Shown in pieces: positions 25,731-36,641 of a stretch of 64,000 bases of DNA. The DNA comes from Psilocybe cubensis (Eukaryota): positions 434,001 through 498,000 of the forward strand of contig CM039002.1 in assembly GCA_017499595.2 (NCBI GenBank). The letters are read 5' to 3'. The translations under genes were made by a program, and so were the position numbers. Within the stretch, counting starts at the first letter, position 1. Each line of letters starts with the position of its first letter. The notes under the pieces were generated by a model. That model made no database searches. It saw nothing but the letters and a program-made list of their open reading frames with translations, and had not been told where the DNA came from.

Positions 25731-28700
25731 ATGGGCGCACAGTTCCCCGTACCTGTTCTTGCTGTCGCGGCGGATGCGGTGCGCGACCTTGAAGGGCGCG
25801 ATGCGCTCTCGGGGCTTTGGACGCGTGAGTTTTGAGTTTATTCTCTTTTTTTTTTTCTTTGTGTTTTTGTGGTTGTGGTTTGTGTTTTGCGGTTTTAAAG
25901 TTTATGGCTTGCGTTTTGCGGTCCGAGTTTCGCGGTTTTGTTCTGTATTTTGTGTTTTGCGCTTCAAGTTTTTCGTTTTGTTTTGTTCGTTATATATCTA
26001 CGTTTACTTTATATGTTTAATGTTGGATGCTGAATGTTGAATGTTGAATGTGCGCTGACGTCTCTCTCTCTCTCTCTCTCTTTTTTTTTTTTTTTCTTTC
26101 TTTCTTTCACCTCCCGAAAACATCAATCACCAAAATCACCGAATCACCGAATCATCACCAAAAACACCAAAACGCCAAAACCATCAAAAACACAAACACC
26201 AAACACCAAAACACCAAAAACACCAAAAACGCCCACCCACAAAAAACGAAAACACAAAACACCCACCCACAAAACGCAAAAACACAAAACACAAAAAACA
26301 CCAAATCACAACAACACCAAAAACTCAAAACCCAAAACCCCAAACCCCAAACCCCAAACCCAAAACCCACAAAAACCCAAAAAACCATAAACCATATACC
26401 AGTATTCACAAAATGCAAAGAATCCCTTCAAGAAGGACGAAGGCTTGAGAATATATCGTGGAGGCTTTGGTATCGCGAGATGATGATTGATGGTGCGAGT
26501 CGGGTTGGGAGGGAGGGTCTTGTGGAGGAGAAGGAGAAGGAGGTGGAGGTGGAGGGGTACGATGAGAATGAGAAGAAGGAGGAGGGGGATGAGAAGAAGG
26601 AGAAGACGGAGGAGGAAGAAAGAACGTTACCCCCGCCTCCGCATGTGGATATGCAGATACCACCACCGCCGCCGCCGCCGTATTCATCCTCGTCCTCGTC
26701 CTCGTCCTCGTCGCTGAGTGAAGGTGTGTGATGTTTCTGTTTTGTTTTTATGCGTTTGTTTTTTTCTTTACCTTCGTTTATTTATTTTTCTGCTTCGTTT
26801 ATTTTTATTTTTTTCTCTCTCTCTACTTCGTTTTATTTCTTTGCGCTACTTCGTTTAATTCTTTCTTCTCCCTCCTCCTCCGCCTCTTACTCTTATTTAT
26901 TTATTTCTCTCCCTCCTCCTCTTCTTGTTTATTTTTCTCTTTCTCTCCTCTGCTTCTTGCTCTTGTTTATTTTTTTTTCTTTACTTCGTTTTATCTTTTT
27001 CTTTTTCCATGTCTTCTTTTTTCCGTGTCTTCTTTTTCCATGTCTTCTTCAAGTTTTTTTTGGGGAGGCTGTTTTGGGTGTTTTGGGTATGTGATAGGTA
27101 TCAGCATAAGTATCGGTATCTGTTTTACGTGTTGGCGGGTGATATCATCACACCACATCACATCGCAGCGCAGCGCAGCACATCGTGGTCGTGCTGATGC
27201 TTTCGCCTTGGCCTGCGTGGTTGTGGTCGTGGTCGTGGTTGTGGGCTTATTCGCCTCCGCCTCCGCTGCCACCTCTTCTACCGCCTTTACCTCCGCGCCT
27301 TGTTCATTATGTATCGGGGTTCCGGTTCTATGGTGTTGGCGATGAAAGTTTCTTTTTCTTTTGTTTTCGTGTTTTGTTGTTTTTTCTTTTTTCGTGTTTT
27401 CTTATTTTCTTTTCTCATCTTCTCATCTTCTTATTTTCGTGTTTTCGTGATTTTTACAAAAATAAATTTTGAATGCCTTTGCTGACCGTGTCTGTCTTTT
27501 TATTGTTTTATCGTAGATTCTACGCAGATTCAGACGCTGCCGCCGCCGCCCTCCTCCTCCTCGTCTTCACAAGCTCAAGCGCAAGCACCAGCACCAGCAC
27601 AAACGCTGACGCTGACGCCAATGCAGTTACCATCTCCGTCGCTTTCGGCGACGTCGGATTCAAATTCGAATTCTAATTCTAATTCACCTTTACCACTTTC
27701 ACGTTCGGATTCACATACATATACACGTTCGCAGTCGAGTTCGAATTCACATACACATACACGTTCGCAGTCGAATTCGAATTCATCACGTTCAGAATCG
27801 CCTTTATCGCAGTCACATTCGAACTCGCCACATTCGAATTCATCACAATCGAATTTATCACATACACAATCGCATTCATCACATACACCACATTCTCCGC
27901 ATACCCACGCCCACGCCCACGCCCACGCCCACGCCCATACCAGTACACATTCGCATCCACATTCCGATTCGCATTCGCATTCGCATTCGCATTCGAATCA
28001 GCTGATATCGCCACTAACGCCTTCAATGGCGATGGCGATGACGTCCTCGTCTTCGCGTCCTTCTTCGCGTTTGCCTTTATCTTCATCGTCGTCTTCGTCG
28101 TCGTCTTCGTCTTCACATTTACCTGCATCTTCACATTTGCCTTCACATTCGCATTCGCATTCGCATTCGCATTCGCGTTCGTCTTCCTCGCCTTTATCGA
28201 CGTCTTCTAGGCAACGACAGAGTAGTAGTAGTAGCGGGTTCTCTGTGCAGGCGATGCCGATGGGGACGCCAAAGTCGTTGAGTGTAGGAAGGGTTATTTG
28301 GGATGTTGTTATGTTGCCTTCTGCTGGTGCTGGTGCTTCTGGTGCTTCTGCAGGTACTGGTGCTAGTGGATCGGGCACTTTGAGTGCGGTGGATAGTGGG
28401 TCTGGTGATGTGAGTGCTGATGCGCGGGATTTGGGTTCGAGGTTGGGGTCGAGGTTGGGGTTGGGGCTGAGGAGGGATCAGATGGTTATGACTGTTCCTG
28501 TTGTTGAACTTCGCGAGGAGGGGATCAATAAGCAGAAGGAGGTGGATAAGGAGAAGGATACGGAGAGGGAGGCAAGGATTGTCAAGTCGAGTTTGCCAAC
28601 GCCGGATGTGGAGGTTGATGTTGATGAGCTTGTTGGTTCTCAGCACCAGCACCATCTCCTCCAGCAACAACAACAACAGCTGCTGCAGCAAACGCAGGAG

Positions 28701-29060
28701 TATCAGCAGCAACAGCAGCAGCCGCAAACGCCCCCGCGCACGTCGCATATTTCGATGACGCAGCCTGTTACACCTCCATCGCAATCGTCGCAGACACCAC
28801 ATTCACATACACATTCACAAATACCGCAATCACAATCACAACTACCACCGCCGCCGACGCTGATAGTCGTGAACCCAACCCCGAATCCTACTCCTCATCC
28901 TACACCACCCGCTACACCGCTCATACACGGTATAGGGCCGTTCCCTGGGTTTGCATCCGGTGCGGGGACTGGGGCGGGGGTGGGGTATACGCTGGGCCCT
29001 GGGGGTATAGTGAGAGCGCAGTCGCAGTGGTTGGCGTTGCCTGAGAGTGGGCGCGGTGGT

Positions 29061-29091
<31 letters not shown>

Positions 29092-32010
29092 GAGGCGGTG
29101 GGGGAGGGGGAAGGAGACAGGCGCAGCTTTTGGCGCAGATGGAGGCGATGCGCGCTGCGCAGGTGCAAGTGCAGAGTGCGATGTTGGGCGTGGACGCGTC
29201 GGTGTCGGCGCGCGCGTCTGGGAACGTGACCGGTGATAATGTTAATACTGGTGCCGGTGCCGGAGCTAGCCGCAACGCGGGTGTCGATCGATCATCGCCA
29301 TCGCGGTTGGCTTCTTCATCGTCATTGTTGTCGGCATCGTCGTCGATACCGGGCGCCACTGCCGCTGCCGTTGTCACTGCCGCTACTGGTGCTGCTGTTG
29401 CCGGTGCGGAAGCAAATATGAATGTGCGCGGGTATACGCTTTCTCTTTCTGCAGGTGTGGAGTTGGATGATGGTGATCGTGCGGATGCGGAGTCTGATTT
29501 GGATTTGGATTCTGATTTGGATTCAGATGCGGATGATGCTGAGGCTCTGGACGGAGCTGAAGGTGAAGGAAAGAGAGGCGGAGAGGGAGGAGTAGGTGGT
29601 ACTGCGATTCATGTGCGTGTTTTTCTTTTTTTTTGCCTCGTTGTCTTTTTTGTCTTTTTTTTATATTTTCTTTCTTTGCTTTTTTGTGTTTGTGTTTGTG
29701 TTTACGGTTGGGGTTGAGTCTTTGACTTTGAGTCTTGAATCTTGAATCTTGGAACTTGGAACTTGGAACTTGGAACTTTAACTTTTTGGAGTGTAATTTT
29801 TGTTTTTGAACGGATGTGGTTCTGATTTATGATTCTGATTCTGATGTTACTCTTTCATCTCATTCAGCCTTCTCATACGCACACACATCCACATCCACAT
29901 CCACATCCACAATCGCATTCACATCCAAACTTGAATTCAAACTCCAACTCCAACTCGCGTGCACCGACGTCGTCTTCTTCCTCCTCGGCAGCGGAGAGAA
30001 AGCGCGCTGGCATTTCCACCTCGCCCTCGCCTAGTAGTCCGAGACAGCACGGCAAACCTAAGCCGAAGCAGCGCCAGACGCACGTGGTTGGGAGTGGGAG
30101 TGCGGGTGCGAGTCCGAGCAGGGTTCGCGCGGGGTTGATGGCGCGCTCGCGGTCGCGGTCGCGCGACCAAAGTGCTGTGTCGGCCAGTGTCGATGTGAAT
30201 CCTCCTCCTGCTATGGCGGCGGCGGCTTCTTCGTCTAGTGCACAGAGTCAGAGCGAGAGTGAGGGTCAGAACCGGGACCAGGCGCAGAAGGACGCACCGC
30301 AAACGCAATCGCACGCGCACGCGCAGAACCCGAATAGACTGTCGATCTCGTCGATGACAAGTGTCGTCTCGGATCGCTCGGGGCGGTCAAATGTATCATC
30401 CACCTCCAACGTCTCCAACACATCGAATGTAACCAACACGTCGAATTCGAGTGCGGGCGGAAGCCGCGCGGAGAGCACGACGACGGCGACGACGACGGAC
30501 TCGGCGTTCGAGCTTGTGTTTGTCGAGGGCGATGCGCGGCGTGTGAGTGCGGGCGGTAGAGATAAAGGGGAGGACGCGGCGGCGTTTGAGGATGGGCCGA
30601 TGGGCTTTGGCGGTGGTGGCTTTGGATCGGGTGTCGGTGGCGGTGCGGGTGTGGGTACGGGTTTGGGTGCGGGTGGACATGGACATGCGAGCGCGGATAC
30701 TGTGCGTCGTCTTGGATCGTTGTCGACTATTCAGAGTATGGCGACGTTGAATGGGGATCGGGAGAGGAGGAGGTATGAGTATGAGTATGAGTTTAGGGAT
30801 GAGCTTGTGGATCCGCTGGATACGAGCGCCATGGCCCAGGTTGAAAAGCAAGTACAGCAGGAAGAGAAGGGTAAGGATGAGAAGGAGGAAGAGAAGGAAG
30901 ATGTGTCGCAGGAGGTTGTTGTGCAGAGTTCACAAGGAGGAGGAGGAAATCGGGATGACATCGCGGTGGAAGACGAGGAGGATGAAGAGGAGAACACCCC
31001 GCTCTCGCCGCTGCCGCCGTCGCCCATGGCGCTGACCGCGTCGCCGCGCACTGCCGCTGGCGCCGCTGCGCGCGAGGAGAGGCGGAAGAAGCGGAATAGC
31101 GCGCCGGTGCCGGCTACGTCGTCCGCGGCTTTGCTCCTCGCCCTTTCGCCGCCATCCAACAACAACAACAACAACAACAATACGAATAATGCCCCGGTTC
31201 TTGTGCCGATGCAAGCGCAGTTCGCAGCGTCGCCGCGCTCTGTCACGTCCGCTGCGTCCGCTATATCAATTGCGCGCTCGACGTCGGGCGGCACGGGTAC
31301 AGCTGCAGGGAAGCGCAGGCAGATCACAGTTGGCGGCGGCAGCGGTGGCTCGGCGTTGATCAGGCGACAGAGCACGGGCACGAGCGCAGCGGCGGCGGGT
31401 ATTAGGCGTAGTGTCAGCGCAAGTCGTAGTCGGAGCCGCGAGCCTGGTGCGGGTGCTGCGGTGGGGTTGGCGGGTGCGGGGCTTGGATTGGGTATGACGA
31501 GTGCTGTGGCGCAGGTGCCGCCTGCTGCTGCTAATGCGAAGAAGGCGCCGTCGGTGGTGGCTGCTGGTAAGGGAAGAGCCAAGGTGGTTCTTGCGCGGAC
31601 GGGGAGCAAGGCGAGGAATTTGGGTGTGGTTAGGAGGAATAGCTCGGGACATGGTGGTGGTGGTGGTAATGCCGCTGCTGCTGCTGAGCAAGCGATGGAG
31701 CGGGAAAGGAAGAGGTTGGAAGAGGAGGAAGCGGCGCGTGCACGCGAGGCTGAGCTTGAAGCTGAGCGCGAGAAGGAGCGGGAGAGAGAACGTGAGCGTG
31801 AACGCGAGGCGGCGAGAGAGCGCGAACGGGAGCGCGAGCAGCGCGAGGGGCTGACGGTGGGTCTGTTCGACGGGGACGATCTCGCTGCGTCTGTGTCTGG
31901 CTCTGGTGCGAACGCGGGTGGGAGGAGGCCTGTGCGGTTTAATATTGGGTCCAACTCGGATGGCGGGCGGAGTGCGGGGAGTGGCGGGTCGGATGTGGGC
32001 GCGGCGGGCA

Positions 32011-32043
<33 letters not shown>

Positions 32044-34794
32044 GGGTGGTGTCGAAGAAGGATGTGGTGGCGCAGCAGTTGCAACAGTTGCAGATCCAGC
32101 ACCAACTCCAGCAACAACAACAGCAGCAACTTCAGCAGCAACAACAACAAATTCAGCAGCAGCAGCAGCAACAACAGCAGGTTGAGCAGGGCCCTAGTCA
32201 TGGACACGGACACAGACACAACCATGGACCCACTGCGGCCGAGCTTGAGCTGCAGAACCAGCAGCTTCAACACCAGCTCGAATTGATTGTCCAGCAGAAG
32301 CAGGCGTTGATGTTGCAGCAGCAGCATGTCCAGCAACAGGCGGCGCAACAGCATCAGCTGCAGTTGCAGCAGCAACAGGAGGCTCAGCAGCAGCAGCAAA
32401 TGTTATTACAGCAACAATGGCAGCAGCAGCAGCAGATGCCTGTCCAGCGAACGCTGTCCAAGTCGCAGGTGCGCCAGCTGCAGATGATGGAGCAGATGCA
32501 TATGCAGCATCTGAACCAGATGAACCAGAGCAAGGCGCATTTGGCTCAGCAACAGCAGCAACAGGAGGAGAGGAGAGGGAACGAGAGGCGGATGTCTGGA
32601 AACGGCAAGGGTAAAGAACGCGAGGTCCAACCCCCCGTTTCACCGCGCACAAAAGCTGGTTCCTCTACCGGAGGAGCGAAGGGTGGTAGAAACAACGCTA
32701 ATACCAGCAACAACAATAATAATAATAATAGCCAGAGCGGGAGCGGGAGCAGCAAGGCGGTGATGGATGATATCGCGGCTAGGGTGCAGCAGTCGATCGC
32801 GGCGCCACTGTTGCCACAGCGCAATCGGCGCAAAATCGAGTTGGTGACGGAGAGTGAGAGCGAGAGTGAGTTTGAGACGGACTCGGATGACGATGGGTCG
32901 TGGTCGAGCGAGGATATGACGGGGGATGATGAGGTGCGCTTTTTTTTTCTCTTCTCTTTTATATGTATCTAGATGTTCATGAATTGACTTTTTTGTTTGT
33001 TTGCGTGTTTAGGAGCAGCGTGCGTTGGAGGAACAGCGCCAGTTGCAGTTGCAACAGCAGCAGATACAGATGCAGCAACAGCAACAGCTTATTCAGATTC
33101 AGCAGGCCCAGCGTCAGCGTTTGCAGCAGGCCCACCACCATCAGCAGCAACAGCAGCAGTATAACCAGCAAACCCGCGCAGGCGGCGTCCAGCGCGCCTA
33201 CTCTGAACATTATCTCGCCAACCACCACCAGCAGCGCAACAACAACCACGTGGGCAATCCCGGCCGGCAACACCAAGTGCACAACTTCAGCGCGGCGATG
33301 CGCGCACAGCAGCAGCAGCGGGAGATGCAGGCCATGGTGGAGGCAGCGGCGTTCGAGGCGCACCGGCAGCTCAACATGTTTGCGAAGCTGCCGAAATCGT
33401 CGTTCCAGGACCTGGCGACCGCGCGGACGCGCAGTGTGGGCTTGCTCTCGCAGTTGTTGAATCCGGACCCGGAGATCTTCCCGGTGAATCATCCGTATAG
33501 GCGCGGGTTTAGTTATGGGGAGATTAAGCCTGGGGCGTCGAGGGGGGGAGCGGGGGGGAGTTCGGGTGTGGCTGCGATGCGCCCGTTGACGCCGGCTGCG
33601 CCTGTTGCTGATGAAAAGCCAAAAGCCCCTGTGGTTCCGGAGCAGCGCACGGATGGGTCTGCGCAACAGCAGCAGCAACAGCAGCAACAGCAGCAACAGC
33701 AACAGCAGCAACAACAGCAACAGCAGCAACAACAGCAACAACAACAGCAGCAACAACAACATCGTCGCAGCGAAAGTGGGACCGCGGGCGACAGAAAGTC
33801 GTCGGGGTCTAATGTGCCCTCGCGCATGAACTTCTCGCCGCCGCGCCGGCCAGGTGGAATGAACCGCACCAAGAGCGCCGCCGCGCTGCCTGTGTCATCC
33901 CATATAGCTGTTGGCAGTATGGGAAGCGCCGCCGCGCCAGTTATTGATCATACGTCCGCGTTGCCCAATATCACAACAGCAAACACCACTTCAAACAACT
34001 CAATCCCACACTCTAACTCTAACCCTGGCTCGTCGGGCAAGTTCCGGCCAAGGGCGCCCCCGCCGAATACGGTTATGGAAGACGAAAGCGCGAGCGAGGC
34101 GGAGGGAAGTAAAATTCAGCTGTCGGAGAGTGTCGCGCATGAGAAGCTCAGGGCGCTCTTGCAGCGCGGGGGTATTGCTTCTCAGCAGCGCAAGGCTCCG
34201 CCTCCAGCACAACCACTACGGCCCGCGGCAGCGGATGAGGCTGAGAATGAGAATGATGTTCCTCAGTGGCTTAGGGCGTCGCGGCCGGAAGATGGCACTG
34301 CTGCTGCTCGCCAGCAACAGCAGCAGCAGCAGCGCCAGCGTACGCGGTCTACTCCACATACAGTTCAGTTCGCGGAACCTCAGCCGCAGCCAATCCCACC
34401 TGCTGTGCCAATACAATATGGGTATCCCTACAATCTCCCCTTGGTAGCGGCGCCCTCGACACCACGTACCATACGTCGGCAAATGCTGTCCAACGAGCTG
34501 CCGGAAGAGTTGCGCCGGAACTTGTTGTGGGAAAGGCAGACGAGCAATGGGAATCTGGCCGCGATGAAGAGGAGTGCGAGTGGTGGTGGCAGTCGGCACA
34601 GTGTGTTGGGTGGATTGCAGCCGTTGACAGCGGCACCTAGTATGGTGCAGCTGCGTGCCAAAGGGACAGCACCGCCTGAAGGGACTATTGAAGACCTTCG
34701 GAACGCGCCTCCTGTTGACCAGCAGGAGAGAAAACGCCAGGCCATGGCACGAAATAAAAGCTGGGCCAATGATTTCCATACTTCGGGATGGTGA
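25731..34794 (+). CDS. DUF1752 (AreA N-terminal-like) + DUF3295 protein, Mks1-like, greatly expanded by low-complexity tracts (~2452 aa)
   Basis: Exons 25731-25824, 26403-26723, 27517-29612, 29868-32933, 33013-34794 join in frame (7359 nt). N-term MGAQFPVPVLAV...LWT|LFTKCKESLQEGRRLENISWRLWYREM; C-term PRTIRRQMLSNELPEELRRNLLWERQ...SWANDFHTSGW. Confidence 0.8.
33664..33759 (+). repeat. CAG/CAA polyglutamine tract (~32 Q)
   Basis: Uninterrupted CAA/CAG run in the last exon; several other poly-Q, poly-G, poly-S, (HS)n and (RE)n tracts in the same gene. Confidence 0.95.
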
Positions 34795-35514
34795 TCCCCT
34801 CTTTCTCGGTTCTCTGATCTACTTTACGACCAGAAAAAAAGCAGTCATCTTTGTTGTTTTTTTTTTCTTGTTTGATTTTTTTCTTTTCTGGGATTTGGGT
34901 TTTTTGTTTCTACTTTACAGTGTTCTTTTTTCAATTTTTTTTTTCTCTCGGTTCGACACTTTTGCATCCACACATGCTTCGATCAACAATAACAAGCCTA
35001 CGATACACCAACTGCATCATTTTTTAATCCTCGGTCTACGTCGAGAATTCATCACCCTCCCACCACCCATCCTTTCGTCCTTTCTTGGTTTCCCCTTCTC
35101 TTTACCTGTGGATGATCGACTTTTTTGCTTAATGTCGTTCGGATCTTTGCTTACCTTTCCATTTATCCTCACTCTCTTCTAATCGTTTGGGTTTTCATTA
35201 TCGTCTTGGTTGGGATTGTCCGCCACACACCACAAAAAACAACTATCATAGCATCGTTGGTCTCTCTCTCTTCTCTCGTTATCGGCGTTCCTTGTCTGTT
35301 ATAAGGCATTCATTGTCACCGTTTTTGTGATATTTGTTTTGTTTCTTGGTACCATATCATATCATCGTCATCCCTTTTATCCACATCATCTCCCTCCCTT
35401 CCTCGCTATCCTCGCTATCGATACTCCATAACTTTTCTTTCTCTCTCTCTCTCTCTCGAATGTACCATAGTCATTCCATCGACCGAATGTTTACGACCAT
35501 TGTTACGACTGTGT

Positions 35515-35935
35515 TCCTTAATGGTTTTTTCTCTCTCTCTCTCTCTTTTTCCCCGCTGCTTTGTTTTTTTTTTTCTTCGTCACAATTGACTTCAAATCTT
35601 CCATCCACCTTTTAGCATTGTATGTACTTATTGACTCCTTCTCTGCTTCACTTTGTTTGAACTATCATAGTTGTTGTTTTAATGCACATTTGGCTCTTTT
35701 CTTGGTTGTCTTTTTTCTTTTATGATGTGATGTGATGTGATGTGATGCCATGTTTCGATGAACCGAGTGCAACGTTTTTGCATTACGATTCAGGATGAAG
35801 TATACTATGAAAGTGTCCGTGGGTAGGTAGAAGGAGGTTAGGGAGGTCGGTGTGTAGGCGGTGGTGTAGGTACGGAACAATTATAACGTCCGTAAACGAC
35901 TCCGTAAAACGATATACGAAATTTCCATAATCAAA
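35515..35935 (-). repeat. Inverted duplication arm A'
   Basis: Reverse complement matches 21880-22185, with extra microsatellite insertions ((TC)n, (ATGTG)n, poly-T). Confidence 0.9.
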
Positions 35936-36641
35936 TTGCTATTTCCCTCTGATTTCTGCCAGAACATTGATGCTATCGATATATGAACTCGAAGGCGTCG
36001 TCGCGTCGAATTATAATACCGATACTAGTAACTTAGAGCATCAAGTAACACCGCACCTGAACCACGTACTGTACCAAGCGCTCGCTTGGTGTCGGTTCGC
36101 TTTTGTTCACGTTTCACGCTCTCATACTTTCATGTTTCCATGGCTTCAAGTCCATGCCGTCCATAAGTAGTACGCGTCACTCTAGTCTAGACTCTGCAGT
36201 TGTCGTATGGACTACATAATCAGGTACTTTATTATATTAGGTATGTTTGGAAGGTAAATTCGAGGGAAACTTCTCAACACAGGGGATACTTACTGAAGAA
36301 CACGGCGGGGGGTTATACTGTACCTGTACACATCGGAAATAACTGTAAATGACACATCCGCGAGCGTATGCGTATGCGTATGCGTGTCTTGTTGCTGTTG
36401 CCATCGATAGAGGCCATAGCCTCGCTTTCTGCCTGGCGCTGACTCTGTATACTTACCTGTACTTCCTATCCCGAGCACAACACCGACACCGTGACTTTTG
36501 CCATCGCCCCCCTTAAAGATGGCCAGGCGCTACAAACTAAACAGAAAAGTAAGTGCGCCTCCGACATCCATCCAATAACGGCAAGAAAGCACCGAGTCCC
36601 GAGTCCCGAGTCTACATTACTTTGACCCAGGAAAAAGTACA

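Noticed and set aside
26325..26385. CCCCAAA/CCCAAAA runs as telomeric repeats
   Set aside because: Irregular, intronic, and not the TTAGGG-type unit expected
25552..35615. Long F/L-rich, K/T/N-rich and antisense ORFs in the track
   Set aside because: Artefacts of stop-poor low-complexity introns, UTRs and antisense of repeat-rich exons
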